From: Marsupella aquatica
Taxonomy: Eukaryota > Plantae > Marchantiophyta
Length of the DNA: 64,000 bases
Reading direction: 5' to 3'
Assembly (NCBI GenBank): GCA_973895155.1
Contig: OZ316897.1
Coordinates: forward strand, 8,579,832-8,643,831
Shown: piece by piece, positions 52,051-64,000 of the stretch
How positions within the stretch are numbered: position 1 is the first letter of the stretch
Layout of the letters: every line of letters begins with the position of its first letter
Position numbers and translations under genes: made by a program
Notes under the pieces: generated by a model
Told to the model about the DNA's origin: nothing
Database searches by the model: none
The model's input: only the letters and a program-made list of their open reading frames with translations

Positions 52051-54539
52051 TAAATTTCAGTGATGTAGTTCATTGCTGTTGTATTTCTAGAACTTCCCTG
52101 GGAACACTGCAGAAGTACTCATAAAGATACATGTTACGTAAAAGCCTTCAAACAATTGATCGATTCAGATTCATATTGATATGAATCAGCAGTGGCATTT
52201 GCAACAGTTGCATCCGGATTTCGGCTGGGTAAGCAACTGAAGAGACCACTGTTGATGGCATTCTTAGCCAGATTGGCTGGTTCTCTCAAAGTATAGCTAG
52301 TTAATTGAAGTGCTTTTCATACTGCACTCAATATTCACAATGTTGAGGTAAGCAATGATCATCTATACAGAGCCGGTTTGTTGGCTCGTCAGCTATTTAT
52401 TCACTGGCCCACAAGCTGTGTATGTTGAGGTAAGCAACCATCATCTAAACAGAGCCTGTTTGTTGGCTCGTCAACTATGTATTCAATACTGCACAAGTTC
52501 ACACAGTTCAACATTGTCTTGCCATCGGGGTGCTTTTCATTTCAGAGTCCTCTTTGAAAGAAAAACCAATGCTTGCATGCAAATTTATCGTGGAGAAGAA
52601 GAGTATCTCTCTTAAGTTGCAAGTGTTCAGGCCCTACAGAATTTGGCTGAATGTTGTAGTGAGCCGGCCTCACGAGCTCGTAGTTCTTACTCTTAGCCTG
52701 AACAGTGAAAGAGAGATGTTGTTCTCTATGATTATGCCCATTTAAGAAACACATTGGGGACCTGGCCTCGAGAATCCCACAGTTCCCAGATGCATGAATC
52801 AGAATGTCAACGTCGTAGCTCTCATGGAGGTGGATTTTCCAAGTGATTTGCTTGTCATCTTCTGATGAATGCAACACACTTAGAAAACGTGTGGATCAGG
52901 TTGGTGTACAGCATCACGCCCATCTCACGCTCGTCAAGTGTCAGAACAGTGGGATACTTGACGGATGTTTCCTTTGTTGAGCTTGTATGCTACATTGCTA
53001 CCATAGTGTGATTTGACCTCATCTACGAGACGTGAAGTCTCAAACCTCCATGAGGACAAAAGTTTCGTGTGACACTCCCATGAACCAAAATTTCTCGATA
53101 CACTATTATATCACGAGTGGCCCAATCTGTAGCATAACAAGAAAGTTTTCTGGAAGTTAACAGTGTGAATGGGCATTCTAGTACCTCTTGTCCAGCCCAG
53201 AGCTTAGGTGCACCCAACCTCTCGTTTTGCAAAACTCGTTTGGTAAAATGAAGTAGTACCTCTTGTCCAGCTGAGAGCTCCGTTGCCCCCAACTTCTCTT
53301 TTTGCAAAACTCACTTCACTCTGGTAAAATGAAGTGACAATAGATGTGAACAGAACCCCTCCCTCCCCCATGCTTGCCATGCCTCCTGCCACAATTACAA
53401 TGCAGTCAAGAGTACCATGATCGTCGTGCTGCTGCAGATCCCACTTCAAACTTGCCGACTGTCAATGCCCACTCAGGAAAATGCTTTCAGGAAAATGTTC
53501 AGTGCTTTTAGCACTTCATTGCAACAATAAACCCCCACAGAGCTGCTCGAGCAACGCATGCGTAAGGAGGCCTCATCAAGTATGTCCTTGTCTTATACGC
53601 AGTCTCTCCAATAATGTACAGAAAAATACTTAACAACTCTATAAAGGGGCAAAATTATTAAAGCAATTTATGTTTGGTACATAGGTGCGAGTCTCCGTTG
53701 AAAACACTATACTACATCTGAGCATAGAAATCCGAAACGTGCACGGCAGTTCATGAAATCAGCAGCAGCCTTTTCAGGTGTCACATTAAATGCAAACATG
53801 GGCAGATCAGCAGTTCTTACACGGGTGAAACACTGCCGTGTCGATTTCCTCTCAAGTACAATTTCTACACTGTAACACGCCAAAGTCAGGATAACAGCGA
53901 ATCTTCTCCACGAAATATATTAAATGTCGGCCACAAACACTTTTATCCATTTTATCCAACGTCTCTTATTTCCCAACCGTAGCTCACTTGTACGCTTATA
54001 CAAATTGTTGAGGGCCTTTATTGTATGCGATGTAGAGTGAACCCCTGTAGATACTCACAACATCAAAATACGATAATATATCGTGAACATTCACAGATTT
54101 AAAGAAAATAAGGAGAATTATCATGATATCAAGTGATGTCATGCACCAATGAACTGTTACACCTAGGGCTACAACTATTTCTTTTTCTTTGAAAGGATCG
54201 AGCGAGAACTAATTGGTAACATCTGCTTTTTCTTTTTGTTAAAGGAAAAATTAATTTGATCACCCACTTTCATCAGAGCATTTTAGTGTTATTATAACAT
54301 ACGAGCCCTATGCCTGTGCGGTGCACGCGGGGTTGCACGGAGCAAGTAGGGTTGGCCCATAGGGTGGGAGGTCGGGTCGAGGCATTTATGGGGCAGTGAG
54401 AAGCACAAATGTGTTAGGGGTGCACATTACCTCCATCAATGATCAGGGAAAACAGCCAATCAAATCCAACGGCTGTAGATCTTTCCCACCCAGGAGTTTT
54501 TTATATTGGGACAAAAGATGAATAAAAGACTGGATCCCC

Positions 54540-54542
<3 letters not shown>

Positions 54543-54591
<49 letters not shown>
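54543..54591. repeat. (GA)n microsatellite
   Basis: Directly visible. Confidence 0.97.
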
Positions 54592-54592
<1 letters not shown>

Positions 54593-55105
54593 AAACACTA
54601 AGATATGAGCAACTGCCTACGGCAATAATCCCAAAGAAGTATTTTGTGTAAGACATCTCAAACAGGGAAGGTTTTCTCTTTACCTGCAGTTGGGCACAGA
54701 CCACCAAGGAGCAGTTGCATCCGAATAATAATAACTCCAAAGTGAAAAGTAGGGCCTTAAACTCTGATCTTGTATTTATTTTTTATGTGTTTCTATGGAT
54801 GGTTATGAAATTTGGTCTTCCTAGGTGGTCCCCCTCTAAGGTTTATCCACTTTCAGGTGCATTTTCAAATCAAAATAGAGCAAAACTACACTTATATATA
54901 CACTCTAAACCCATGACCAGTTGGGGGCCATGGCTGTAACCCCCTTGGGCTCACTGCCCTCAAGGATTAATATCCCTTTCCTGGCCATTGGTTATCCTAT
55001 ATGTAAGGTCCATAGAGACCTGTACAATTATTAAATACGCTTCAGGGGTCCATCATTTTTGTAACAGTTCTATTGGTGACTAAGCAAAATACAATATGAG
55101 ATGTA

Positions 55106-55795
55106 CAGTCTACCGTGGATAAGTGCTACATGTATTAGTGCATTCCGTGGATAATTGCAGGGTGTTGGTGTCTTCCCCAAAAAATACAGCACATTCCTTT
55201 GATGCACCCAAAAATGCACCGTTTTTAAGTGCATCTTGGTGTCACTAAGGACAAGATTCGTAACTGCATTCCGTCTATAAGAGTTCACATGCGTTTATCA
55301 ATTAGTGCTTCCGGTAAACAAGATGCTTTTATTTATAAGTGCTGGACAGAATTACATAGAGTACTTACAAGTACTTATCCATAATAATGCTGCAAACAAA
55401 CAGATAGAGTACTAAGGTGCACTAAAGCATTTGGGCAGGACCTGTATGAGGGTTTAGGGTACGAGAGAGTTATGTGTGACCTGACAGCACAATCATGAGG
55501 TTTACAGGAGAGAATGTGAAGGAGATCGAGCAATTTGCTTCAATTTTTGCATCTTCTCGTACATTGTCTTGTGCAAACTCAACCTGTCGAATGCCAAGCA
55601 CATGCCTTTATCCTTTGACACTGCAGACTGATCAAAATCGCGAGCTTCTGTGCATAAGTGCGCCAATCTCGAATGCTGGCACATACCCATAAGTGCATTA
55701 TATGAATATCATGCACTTATCACGTAGTGCATACCGTGTATAACTGCAGGCTCAGGGTGTCTTCCCGGGAGCCTGCACTTAGACACGGTAGACTG
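55106..55795. mobile_element. Tc1/mariner-type MITE (690 bp)
   Basis: TIR CAGTCTACCGTG(GA/TC)TAAGTGC with TA on both sides. Confidence 0.88.
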
Positions 55796-56510
55796 TACCT
55801 GAGCATTTAAAAAGGACATCTCGAATGGCGAACAACTTACTCGCTTTTACAGCCATTCTGGCACAGACCACAAGAAAGGGATCACACTAATATGACCAAT
55901 TACTACATCTCATTCATGGTCCAGGCATATTTTTTGCAACATTTTTTTTATTGCCTTTGGGCTTCTTTGTTACTCTTTGGGTCTTAGTTTTGTCTTTGGA
56001 ATCGTGTCTCCTAGAGTCCTAGTTGGCGTTTTTTGTTCCTTGCTATATATATACAAGTGAAACTAAAATATGTGGGCGGTGTTTGTTCTGTGCTATATAT
56101 ATACTCGTGAAACTAAAATATGACGTGTAGATGACCATTTCAATAGGGAATCTTTGAATGGTGTGAGAAATATTCTTTTTTATTGGCAGTTGGGCACGGA
56201 CCACAAGAGAGCGATTGGGCCCGAGTAATAATAATTCCATGGTGAAAGGTAGGCCTGATTACTACGTACCCACGGGTCCAGCATTTTTGCAACATTTTTA
56301 TTGCTGACCGAATGAGGCGTACATGGACATTTCAAAAGGGAATCTGGACTGTGGAAATTTGATTTACGGGCAGTCGGACACCACATGAGAACCGAGTAGT
56401 AACACACTTCTAAGGTGAAAAGTAAAAATAATTTACTACGTACCATTCATTGGTCCAGCAATTAACATTTTCACTGCTGATCCAGCGAAACAAAGCTTGA
56501 GGCGTACATG

Positions 56511-57140
56511 TCCAGTTTGAACTGACGGACATAGTTGTCATGTTGTCCGACATGACAACTTGTCAATTGTAGGCTCCAAAAGGGGTCAAATATTGCAAAT
56601 TTGCCTATATTCCCCAGCCAGTCTCAAACTTTCCCAAACGCCTCCCGGCCCGGTCCCGGACTCCCCCGGACTCTTGCGAGCCGGCCCCCCGGTTTGGGGT
56701 TGGGGATGAAGTCAGGCCGGGTCGGGGTGGCGTGTGGGGCGGCTGGGGGTCGGGGCCGAGGCCAGGACAAGTGGGTGTGACACATGTTGGATGCTCAGGG
56801 GTCTCATTATATGGATGCCTCCCTATCACCTGTGACGTGTTTAGGTCTCGGACCTCCTAAAATGTAAGAAAAAATATTATTTTTAAACTCTATTAAATTC
56901 AAATATTCTAGGAATATTCTAAAATTTGGTTATAAAGACTCTAATGTTTTTATAAGTCTCAAAAATTTTGGATTTAAAAGATATTATTATTATTTTCAAA
57001 AAATTCTTAAGTCTTAATTTTGAACTAATAAAATGACCTTATATTTGATCACACGTGATGTGTTATTTTGTGGAAATAAAACACTCAAGGTAGGATGTCG
57101 GGGTCCAGACCCCTCATTTGTCGGACGAGTCTAAACCGGG
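56511..57140. mobile_element. Possible old MITE (630 bp)
   Basis: Imperfect TIR (TCCAGTTTGAACT / AGTCTAAACCGGG). Flanks are CGTACATG and CATACATG. It interrupts one unit of the surrounding repeat. Confidence 0.45.
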
Positions 57141-60100
57141 CATACATGGGCATCTCTATAGGGAATCTCGGATTGTGTAAATTGGCACTGCCCATGTTGG
57201 AAAAGTTGTGCACAATTCCAAGGTGTGAAAGTAGGACCAATTACTACATACCATTCATTGGTCCAGTATTAACATTTTGCAAGAGGCCTACATGTGCATT
57301 TCAAAAGGAAATTTCCAATAGTGGAAGTTTTATTAACGGGCATTCAGGCACCACACGAGGTCGGAGTAATAATAATACCTTGGTGAAAAGCCAATTATTC
57401 CCTACAATTCACGGGTCCAGCATTTTTTGCAACATTGCTATTGCTGACCAAGCGAACTACAGTGTGACGTGTACATGATGATTTCAGCTGGAATGAAGGA
57501 GACGGGCAGTAAGAGCACGGGCATGGGCTGATGGGCAGCACGAGGATAGTACCGGAGACGGTCAGTGCCAGCTGCGCCGTCGGTGTTGACGGTGAGGAGA
57601 CGGTTCCTAACCATTCGGCCGTCAGCGCCCCCTCCTCGGGCCATGCATCGATGCATGCATGCATGCAAGCTCATCATTATACGGTGTGCATCCCATACAT
57701 ACAATGATGAAGAAAAACGGGGCCAAAAGCAGATAAGTGCATACTCCATAAGTGCAAACCCTGGCTATTTGAAATGCGCTTCGTACTTTCTTAACCACGT
57801 TGCAGTTTTTTTGCACTTCTCTTAAGTGCAAATAGGGTTGCGCTGAACGAAAGTATGAAGTACAAACCCTCTCTAAGAATTTATGAATACTTAAAGGGAA
57901 GCTCACAATTCCTTTTGACTTATAGTTATTGATGAGTGCATGGCATTTTTATGTAGATTAACAATTGCACTTATGATGTGGGGGATCACAGTTATGGCAG
58001 GGGTGGACAATTTAGTAAGAAAGTCGCCAAAATAGCAGCTGAGGGAGGGCCCATTGCACGTTGGGGACTGTACACTCTTAGCACTAAAAGCAAATTCCAA
58101 ATTTTTGCACTCATGACGTTGTGAGCACAGGATGCTTCATTACCACAAGTGTGCACTTAGAAAGACGCAATTCTACTAATTAGTAGGATGTTCTAACGAT
58201 ATTGTAGTTTGTTCATTCCTTGTGAGTAACGTTAAAGACTCTTGCAAATTTACAGATTCTGGATTTTTTTATGTCACCCACTAATTCATATCAAATAGAG
58301 TTTTCATATCAAAGGTGGAAATTTTGCAACATGTCTTGCCACTAGTGTGACCTCTAAAAACGCTTGTGCTACAAATGTCAATTAAAAGGTCCTGCGTGTA
58401 TATGGATGATACATATTATTTTGTGTCAAATTCAAAAAAAGAAAATGCATTCTAGGGCCATGGATTCATACATATAAGCTTATACATATAAGACGTGTAT
58501 CCCATATAATCATGAATCCAAACAAGTGTACACGACATGGTGTAAATTTGGTTCCCGATTCTAAATTGTCAAAAGTTGTTTAGGTTTCTTCCCAGACTTT
58601 TGCCATTTTAACTTTTGGAGCCAAAACGTTTTCTCAACTGTCTTACTTTTCTGTTATTGTGCTTATAGCCTTTCCGGTATTTAGCTTGTACATAGCAAAA
58701 ACATGTGTTTGTGACCCGTTTCAACAGATATCACCATTTTGGGAGACATGTTACCTCATATAAAGTTATGTAGGCTGTCGTGTCCAGAATTTAAGTGAAG
58801 TTGTGCACATATTTTCCAGCCCACTTGCAATGTCGCATTTTTGAGCTGGGCACCAAAGACAATAGTATTTAAGTAATTTTTTGTGCAAACATCAGTACCA
58901 CTATGGTACTAAGAAGTAGGATCATGTTGGAAGGAATGTGAACCTGTTAGCAGGAACTTGGCTTCTCCCTGGAACTCAAAGTCCGCCAGGGGTTTTTACA
59001 AGGGAGAGAAGGGAAAAAGCAAATATGACCCTTTTTTTGCACTCATGCTCCCAAAACACATTCTACTGCCCTGCAGCTCATTCTGCGGCACAATGTGTGG
59101 CTATGGAGAACTCTTTCCTCTAATCCTTGTATAGTTGCAGCTAAGCTTTAGAATCTTACAGAGAAAATATATTATAGGTTTACTATGAATCAGTAATATC
59201 ATGCCTTGGGGTCTAACCTCTTATCCAGTCCTCTTGCTTAGGAACCAGCAGGTTGGAGTTTTGAATCTCCAGTGTTAGCTTTTGTGTGTAGAACCAGGAA
59301 AAATGAATTAAACCCTTTGAGGGTGAGGTTTAGTACAGGGAACCAGGGTTTCTGCTGACAAGTTAATGTATCACCCCGGCTACAACTGTATGCTGAACTG
59401 CACCAAAATCAGTCCTGTTGTGGGTTTTGCAAACTGTTGGTGCATTTGATTTGTTTTTGGTGGCTTGACAAGGTTTCATTTCCCATTAATTCTTTATGTC
59501 CTCTGAGAATAAATATGGAGTCCATCAGTGTAAACAACTTTTAACCACATTGCCAATAAAGATATTCCAATTTATAATATTGTCACTAATTTTACTTTTT
59601 TTTCCCAAAGATCAGGGACAAAGCCCAAAAACACCCCCCGGGGATGAGAGCCACCCAAAGAGGACCGTGGCCACACAGCAAACAACAGGCCAGCGAAGCA
59701 ACTAATTTTACTATATTACAATGAAGCCATGTTTTTTGTATATGGTTAAGCTAGTTATGTTGGTGAACTTGCTGTCCACATACAAAACCTTGGCATATTT
59801 ATAAATACAAAAGAACCATGACCCGTGTTAGTATAGCCAATTTGAATATCGCTAGAGGCAAAGTAGCTAAAAGTTGTAAGTGGAAAAGTCTACGGTTGGC
59901 TTACAATATCTTGGGGCCCATTTAAGTATGTGTCTACCGATAGTAAATGGGAGCATGTAGAAGCTGGGTCTTTGTTGAGAATTTAGAGTGGTCCAACATT
60001 TCCCAACATTAACTCCTTCATTCAAGGGATTTGCACTTACTAAACTTTATTTCAAAAGATTTTTGGTATGAAGTCTATCTTTAGAATAAGAAGCAGCCCA

Positions 60101-63100
60101 CCAACTTACTTTGGTAAGAAAGTCACAAGTGACCCTGACTTCTTGTAAAGCGGCCATTACTATCCATTAAACCACAGCAGCTTAAACAAGTCACTTCAAA
60201 CAAGGTCAAGATTGATGTGAGACACATCCACAAAATGTGAAGATATACTTAGATTAAAGAAACAAAGAAAAACGAAACTTAACTAAATAAAATTTTCTTA
60301 TTGCACAAAGATTTATTTTTAAATTCAAATTTTTTGCAAAATCCCCACCCACACTAAGAAAAATCTGATCTCATATTTATCTAGACTAATGGTTACAAAT
60401 TAATCTTAGTTAATTAGACAATAGAACAACATTTCTAATCTGTTCTACTTCCCACTGATGACATTTGCCACTTTTGCCAAAATGAAGAGAACCTTTAAAA
60501 TCACCATTTCGGGCACTCACTTGCATGGATCCCATTTGTCGATCATTTAGGGATAATGAGGGTGGGCACTGCAGGCGCAGCCAAGTTAGAGCAGAGTCCT
60601 TGCTTATGCTCATTTCATGATCATGTGGCATGTGACCACAAGGTCAAACTAGGGTAATGATTTTCCAGACCTTGATAAACCCTATGATTTTGTTACATAT
60701 TAAGTCTTTTACAAGAAATATATTTGATGGACCCCAAAATGAAATGTATTGCTTGAGTTTCCCATAAGCTATGTGGATCATTGATAGACCTTATATTAAC
60801 TTACCCAAGATTTCATGAGGTAGTATGAGATCATTCAAAGAACATTTTTGAAAATTAGAGATCCATCGAAATATATATATATAGTCTTTATTCAATTTAA
60901 AGATCCCTCAAACATAGATCTCTTTTTTATAAGTATCTGGCTGTAGATTATTGAGGTGCAATTATCGTGACGCCATGTAAATATTACAGAGGCGGGCAGC
61001 AGGGCAGCCCTGGGGCAGAGTCTCAGTTCTTCTCCGCGGTGACGACGAGTGCCACGTAATCCTTTGACATCACCCGGTCTGCCCGCTAGACCGCGGGCCC
61101 CATCTCAACCGTTCGTATTCCTAACACGTGCCCTGCGTTTGAGGGTCTCGGTCCGATCTCGGCGCACGGAGGGCCCACAGTCTACTTTTGGATTTTTGTC
61201 GCGGGCAGGAGATGCGGAGTCTCGGAGAGCGCCTTTGTCAGAAAACAGTGTAAGGTGTCCTTTGATCACACGTGAAGTGGGTTTACTTAACCACGGTCTA
61301 CAGTCGAATACTGTAGGTGTGTGCTGTACCGTACGCTCTAGGCTACATCTACAGTTCGTATAGCAGTTGATTGAGATTTTGAGTGGACGATGGCCACGCC
61401 ATAATTATACCGTTGTATTATTTTAAGGGTTTGATAAAGGGGGTCCTACGTGTAAACGAGCTCCGATTTTAAGCCTCCTCAAAACGCCAAGTCACCCTTT
61501 TTGGCACCAAGCACGAGATTAGTTTTGTTTCCAGGTATATATACAAAGCAATGGATCCTGTTTGGGGACATCATTAATGACAGATAACAACAATGTTTGA
61601 GTACTTTGGCGTGTTTGGAGCATAACTATCATTAACGATTTCATGACTTGGGCAGAATAAATCGTCCCCACGTTTGTCCTATCTCCTCTTTGTCAAGATT
61701 AGTAATAGTTTTTCTTTGTGGTAGTTTTCTTTTGGTTTTCCGGAAGTGAAGCCCAGATGGCCTAAAGTGAAGCCCAGATAGACCACCACGTTGGACGCAG
61801 TGCTCCGATGAACCACATTTTGGTGGTCTATGAGAGTTTTTGGGTTTATAATTTGATGATTATGAGTCTTACAATATTTTTTTAGTTTTTCACCCACAAG
61901 GTAAGTAGAGAAGGCAGAGACTCAAAAAAACACAAGCTCTAATATTTCATATTAATGCAATGAAAATTAATCTAATAGAATTTACCCCTCAGCATTCCAT
62001 GATCAATAATTCAACCAAAATGGCCAAAATATCACAGTCACTTTGATGCAACTGTAACTTACCTACTCCTCTAGCACATCCTCAAAACTGAAAAAGTATT
62101 TGAATCTATGAATATCAAATTATCTTAATTAAACTCAAATTTTGGGAATTGTGGTGCATGGGGGTTTCAAAGGCCAACGTTGTGGTCCATGGGAGCATCA
62201 TTTTTGGTTTTTCCTCAATTTCCTTTCCTTTGCTTTAATTAATTTATTGTTTATTGGTTAAAAAATTAAATGCTAGAAAGGAGATTGAAGGACAAGGCTG
62301 GATGGACTTTGGGAGCACATTCAAGAAAACATATGCTCCCAAAGATCGGTTCTGATTGAAACATAACCTATGCAATTTGCAGGCTGTTTCAGTTAAACTA
62401 CCTGGTCCTCGGAAGCATCGGGAGCCGGTGATTGAAACAGACTTTGTGAGAGCAACTTTCAGTATTGCTGTTGTAGCTCGGTGAGTCTGGCTCTAGGTGT
62501 TTCTATCAGTGTTGTTTGGTAGTTTGCAGGATTGGTTCTATGAAGAAACATGGAGTCACAATTGGACAGCTTGCAGCTTAGCAGCACAGGTGTGCTTGAG
62601 TCCAGCCCCGGGAGGTCTCAGGGTTGAATCTCAGCCTTTGAGAGTTTTTGTAGCAATGCTCTTCATTGGGAGAGCCCTAGTACTTGCCTCTTACTAGTCA
62701 CCCACTGGTTCTCCCTGGGACCTAGTGAGGAGACCTGTACATAGGCTGATAGACAACACCATTGTCTGTCTGGAACCCTAACTTCAGCTTGGGAATCATG
62801 TGCATCACAACCAATGATACATTCCACAGGTTGCAAAATCAACCATTTTTTAATGAAGAAGACTATAATTGGCTTTGGCCTTGTGGCTCACAAGGACTTC
62901 ACAACAACAAAAACGTAATTGAATGATCTACTGTATATCTGCAAAGGAACAAAAATGTTCAGTATCCACTTGTCAGTGCCTACGACAGATGATAAAATCT
63001 ACACTGTCAGTAGTAATCCTTTCAAGGTATTAACTGATCCAAAATGGCCATTAAACGAGCACAGAGCCAAATTGAAATCCACTTCTGGCATGTAACATTA

Positions 63101-64000
63101 GGGTAACCTGCACACATAACATTACTGTAGTTGGGTGCTTTTCCCAAAAGTTCCCCTTATGGGCCATGCAGGATTATGTAAAAGGTGGAAAACTAGTACT
63201 TTGGTTGTCAAGGGGTATTGTTGCCATGCATGAGACACAATGCTTCCAAACATGGCCCAACAACTTACTCGCTTACTAACTCTACTAGAGAGGGGATACA
63301 TTGGGAACCATAGTCTGGCACTTTTCATGCAGGAATCTCATTTTAATTTTTTTATTTGGACCTGCAAGCATTCATTCCCAAAACTAAGAAGTAAGATGTA
63401 AAACTAAAGAATTTTTAAGAGTGGAAGTTATATATGTTGAGCAATGCTGACATTTATAATGGCAAGCCCATAATCATCCAATGCACAAGTAATTGAGATA
63501 GAGAAATACATGGTTCACCTTAACCGAGGCTATGTCCACGGGAACATACGAGAGCTTATTGCACTCTAGGCCCACCAGTCATACCGAGTCGAGTCTCCAT
63601 AGTACAAGATCTCCCTATCTCTCAATTAGCTCCATAACAATGAGCCTGAGTTCTTCCTATCCAAGAAAACATCGCTTTGGATATAGTATGGAACATGACT
63701 GACCAAACCAAGTCTGTGACTAAGGTTAGCCCTAACTACAATTACGATCGTAATAAATCCTAGACCTAAGCGTAAATGCCTAAGAGTATCTAGAAGAGTT
63801 AGCAATCGCCCTTCCTCAACTTGTTAGAGACAACATTTCAACCAACTTTTATTATCTTGTGGCTGCTACAAATCTTCAGATGATAAAGTTGGGAAACTTA
63901 AGTTTGAAGAAATCAATCAAATATTTGGTCAGCCTGAAGTAAGGCTACAAGTCTTTTAAGTTTATCCCTCTGATTGTCTAGGAATATTCATCTGTTTCTC

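Larger units (their letters stand above)
54301..57450 (-). repeat. Degenerate repeat region, possibly a non-autonomous Helitron
   Basis: About six diverged copies of GGCAC(A/G)GACCAC...GTGAAAAGTAGG...TTACTAC...GGTCCAGCA. The minus strand ends in a GC hairpin (CGTGCACCGCAC) plus CTCGT near 54301. Confidence 0.4.

Noticed and set aside
52500-53600. Minus-strand ORF fragments downstream of SVR3
   Set aside because: No coherent gene model. The region includes short local duplications.
28055-56441. Other TACGTA hexamers (~28055, 52135, 56263, 56436)
   Set aside because: They lack the A/B arm motifs and match background expectation.

Overview
This is eukaryotic nuclear DNA from a bryophyte, most likely a liverwort with plastid C-to-U editing. 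That call rests on the plastid insertion and is inferred from recalled reference proteins. The right half carries three ordinary intron-bearing or intronless genes for plastid proteins: a TPR protein (33413-38214), PRPS17 (43335-43796, -) and TypA/BipA SVR3 (47447-52050). The left half is a nest of mobile and foreign DNA: a mosaic plastid insertion of seven or more loci, a Mutator-like element with a second gene, an intronless fungal-type PD-(D/E)xK nuclease ORF, an intact two-gene Harbinger-type transposon, nested Copia LTR elements and several MITEs. The most notable feature spans 12265-24576. A spliced Crypton-type (DUF3504-like) tyrosine recombinase gene sits inside a modular array cut by eight TACGTA hexamers into strictly alternating short cassettes (A-type 151-157 bp, B-type 113 bp) present in both orientations. 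This looks like a site-specific recombination cassette system. All homology calls come from motif recognition by eye; no database search was run.
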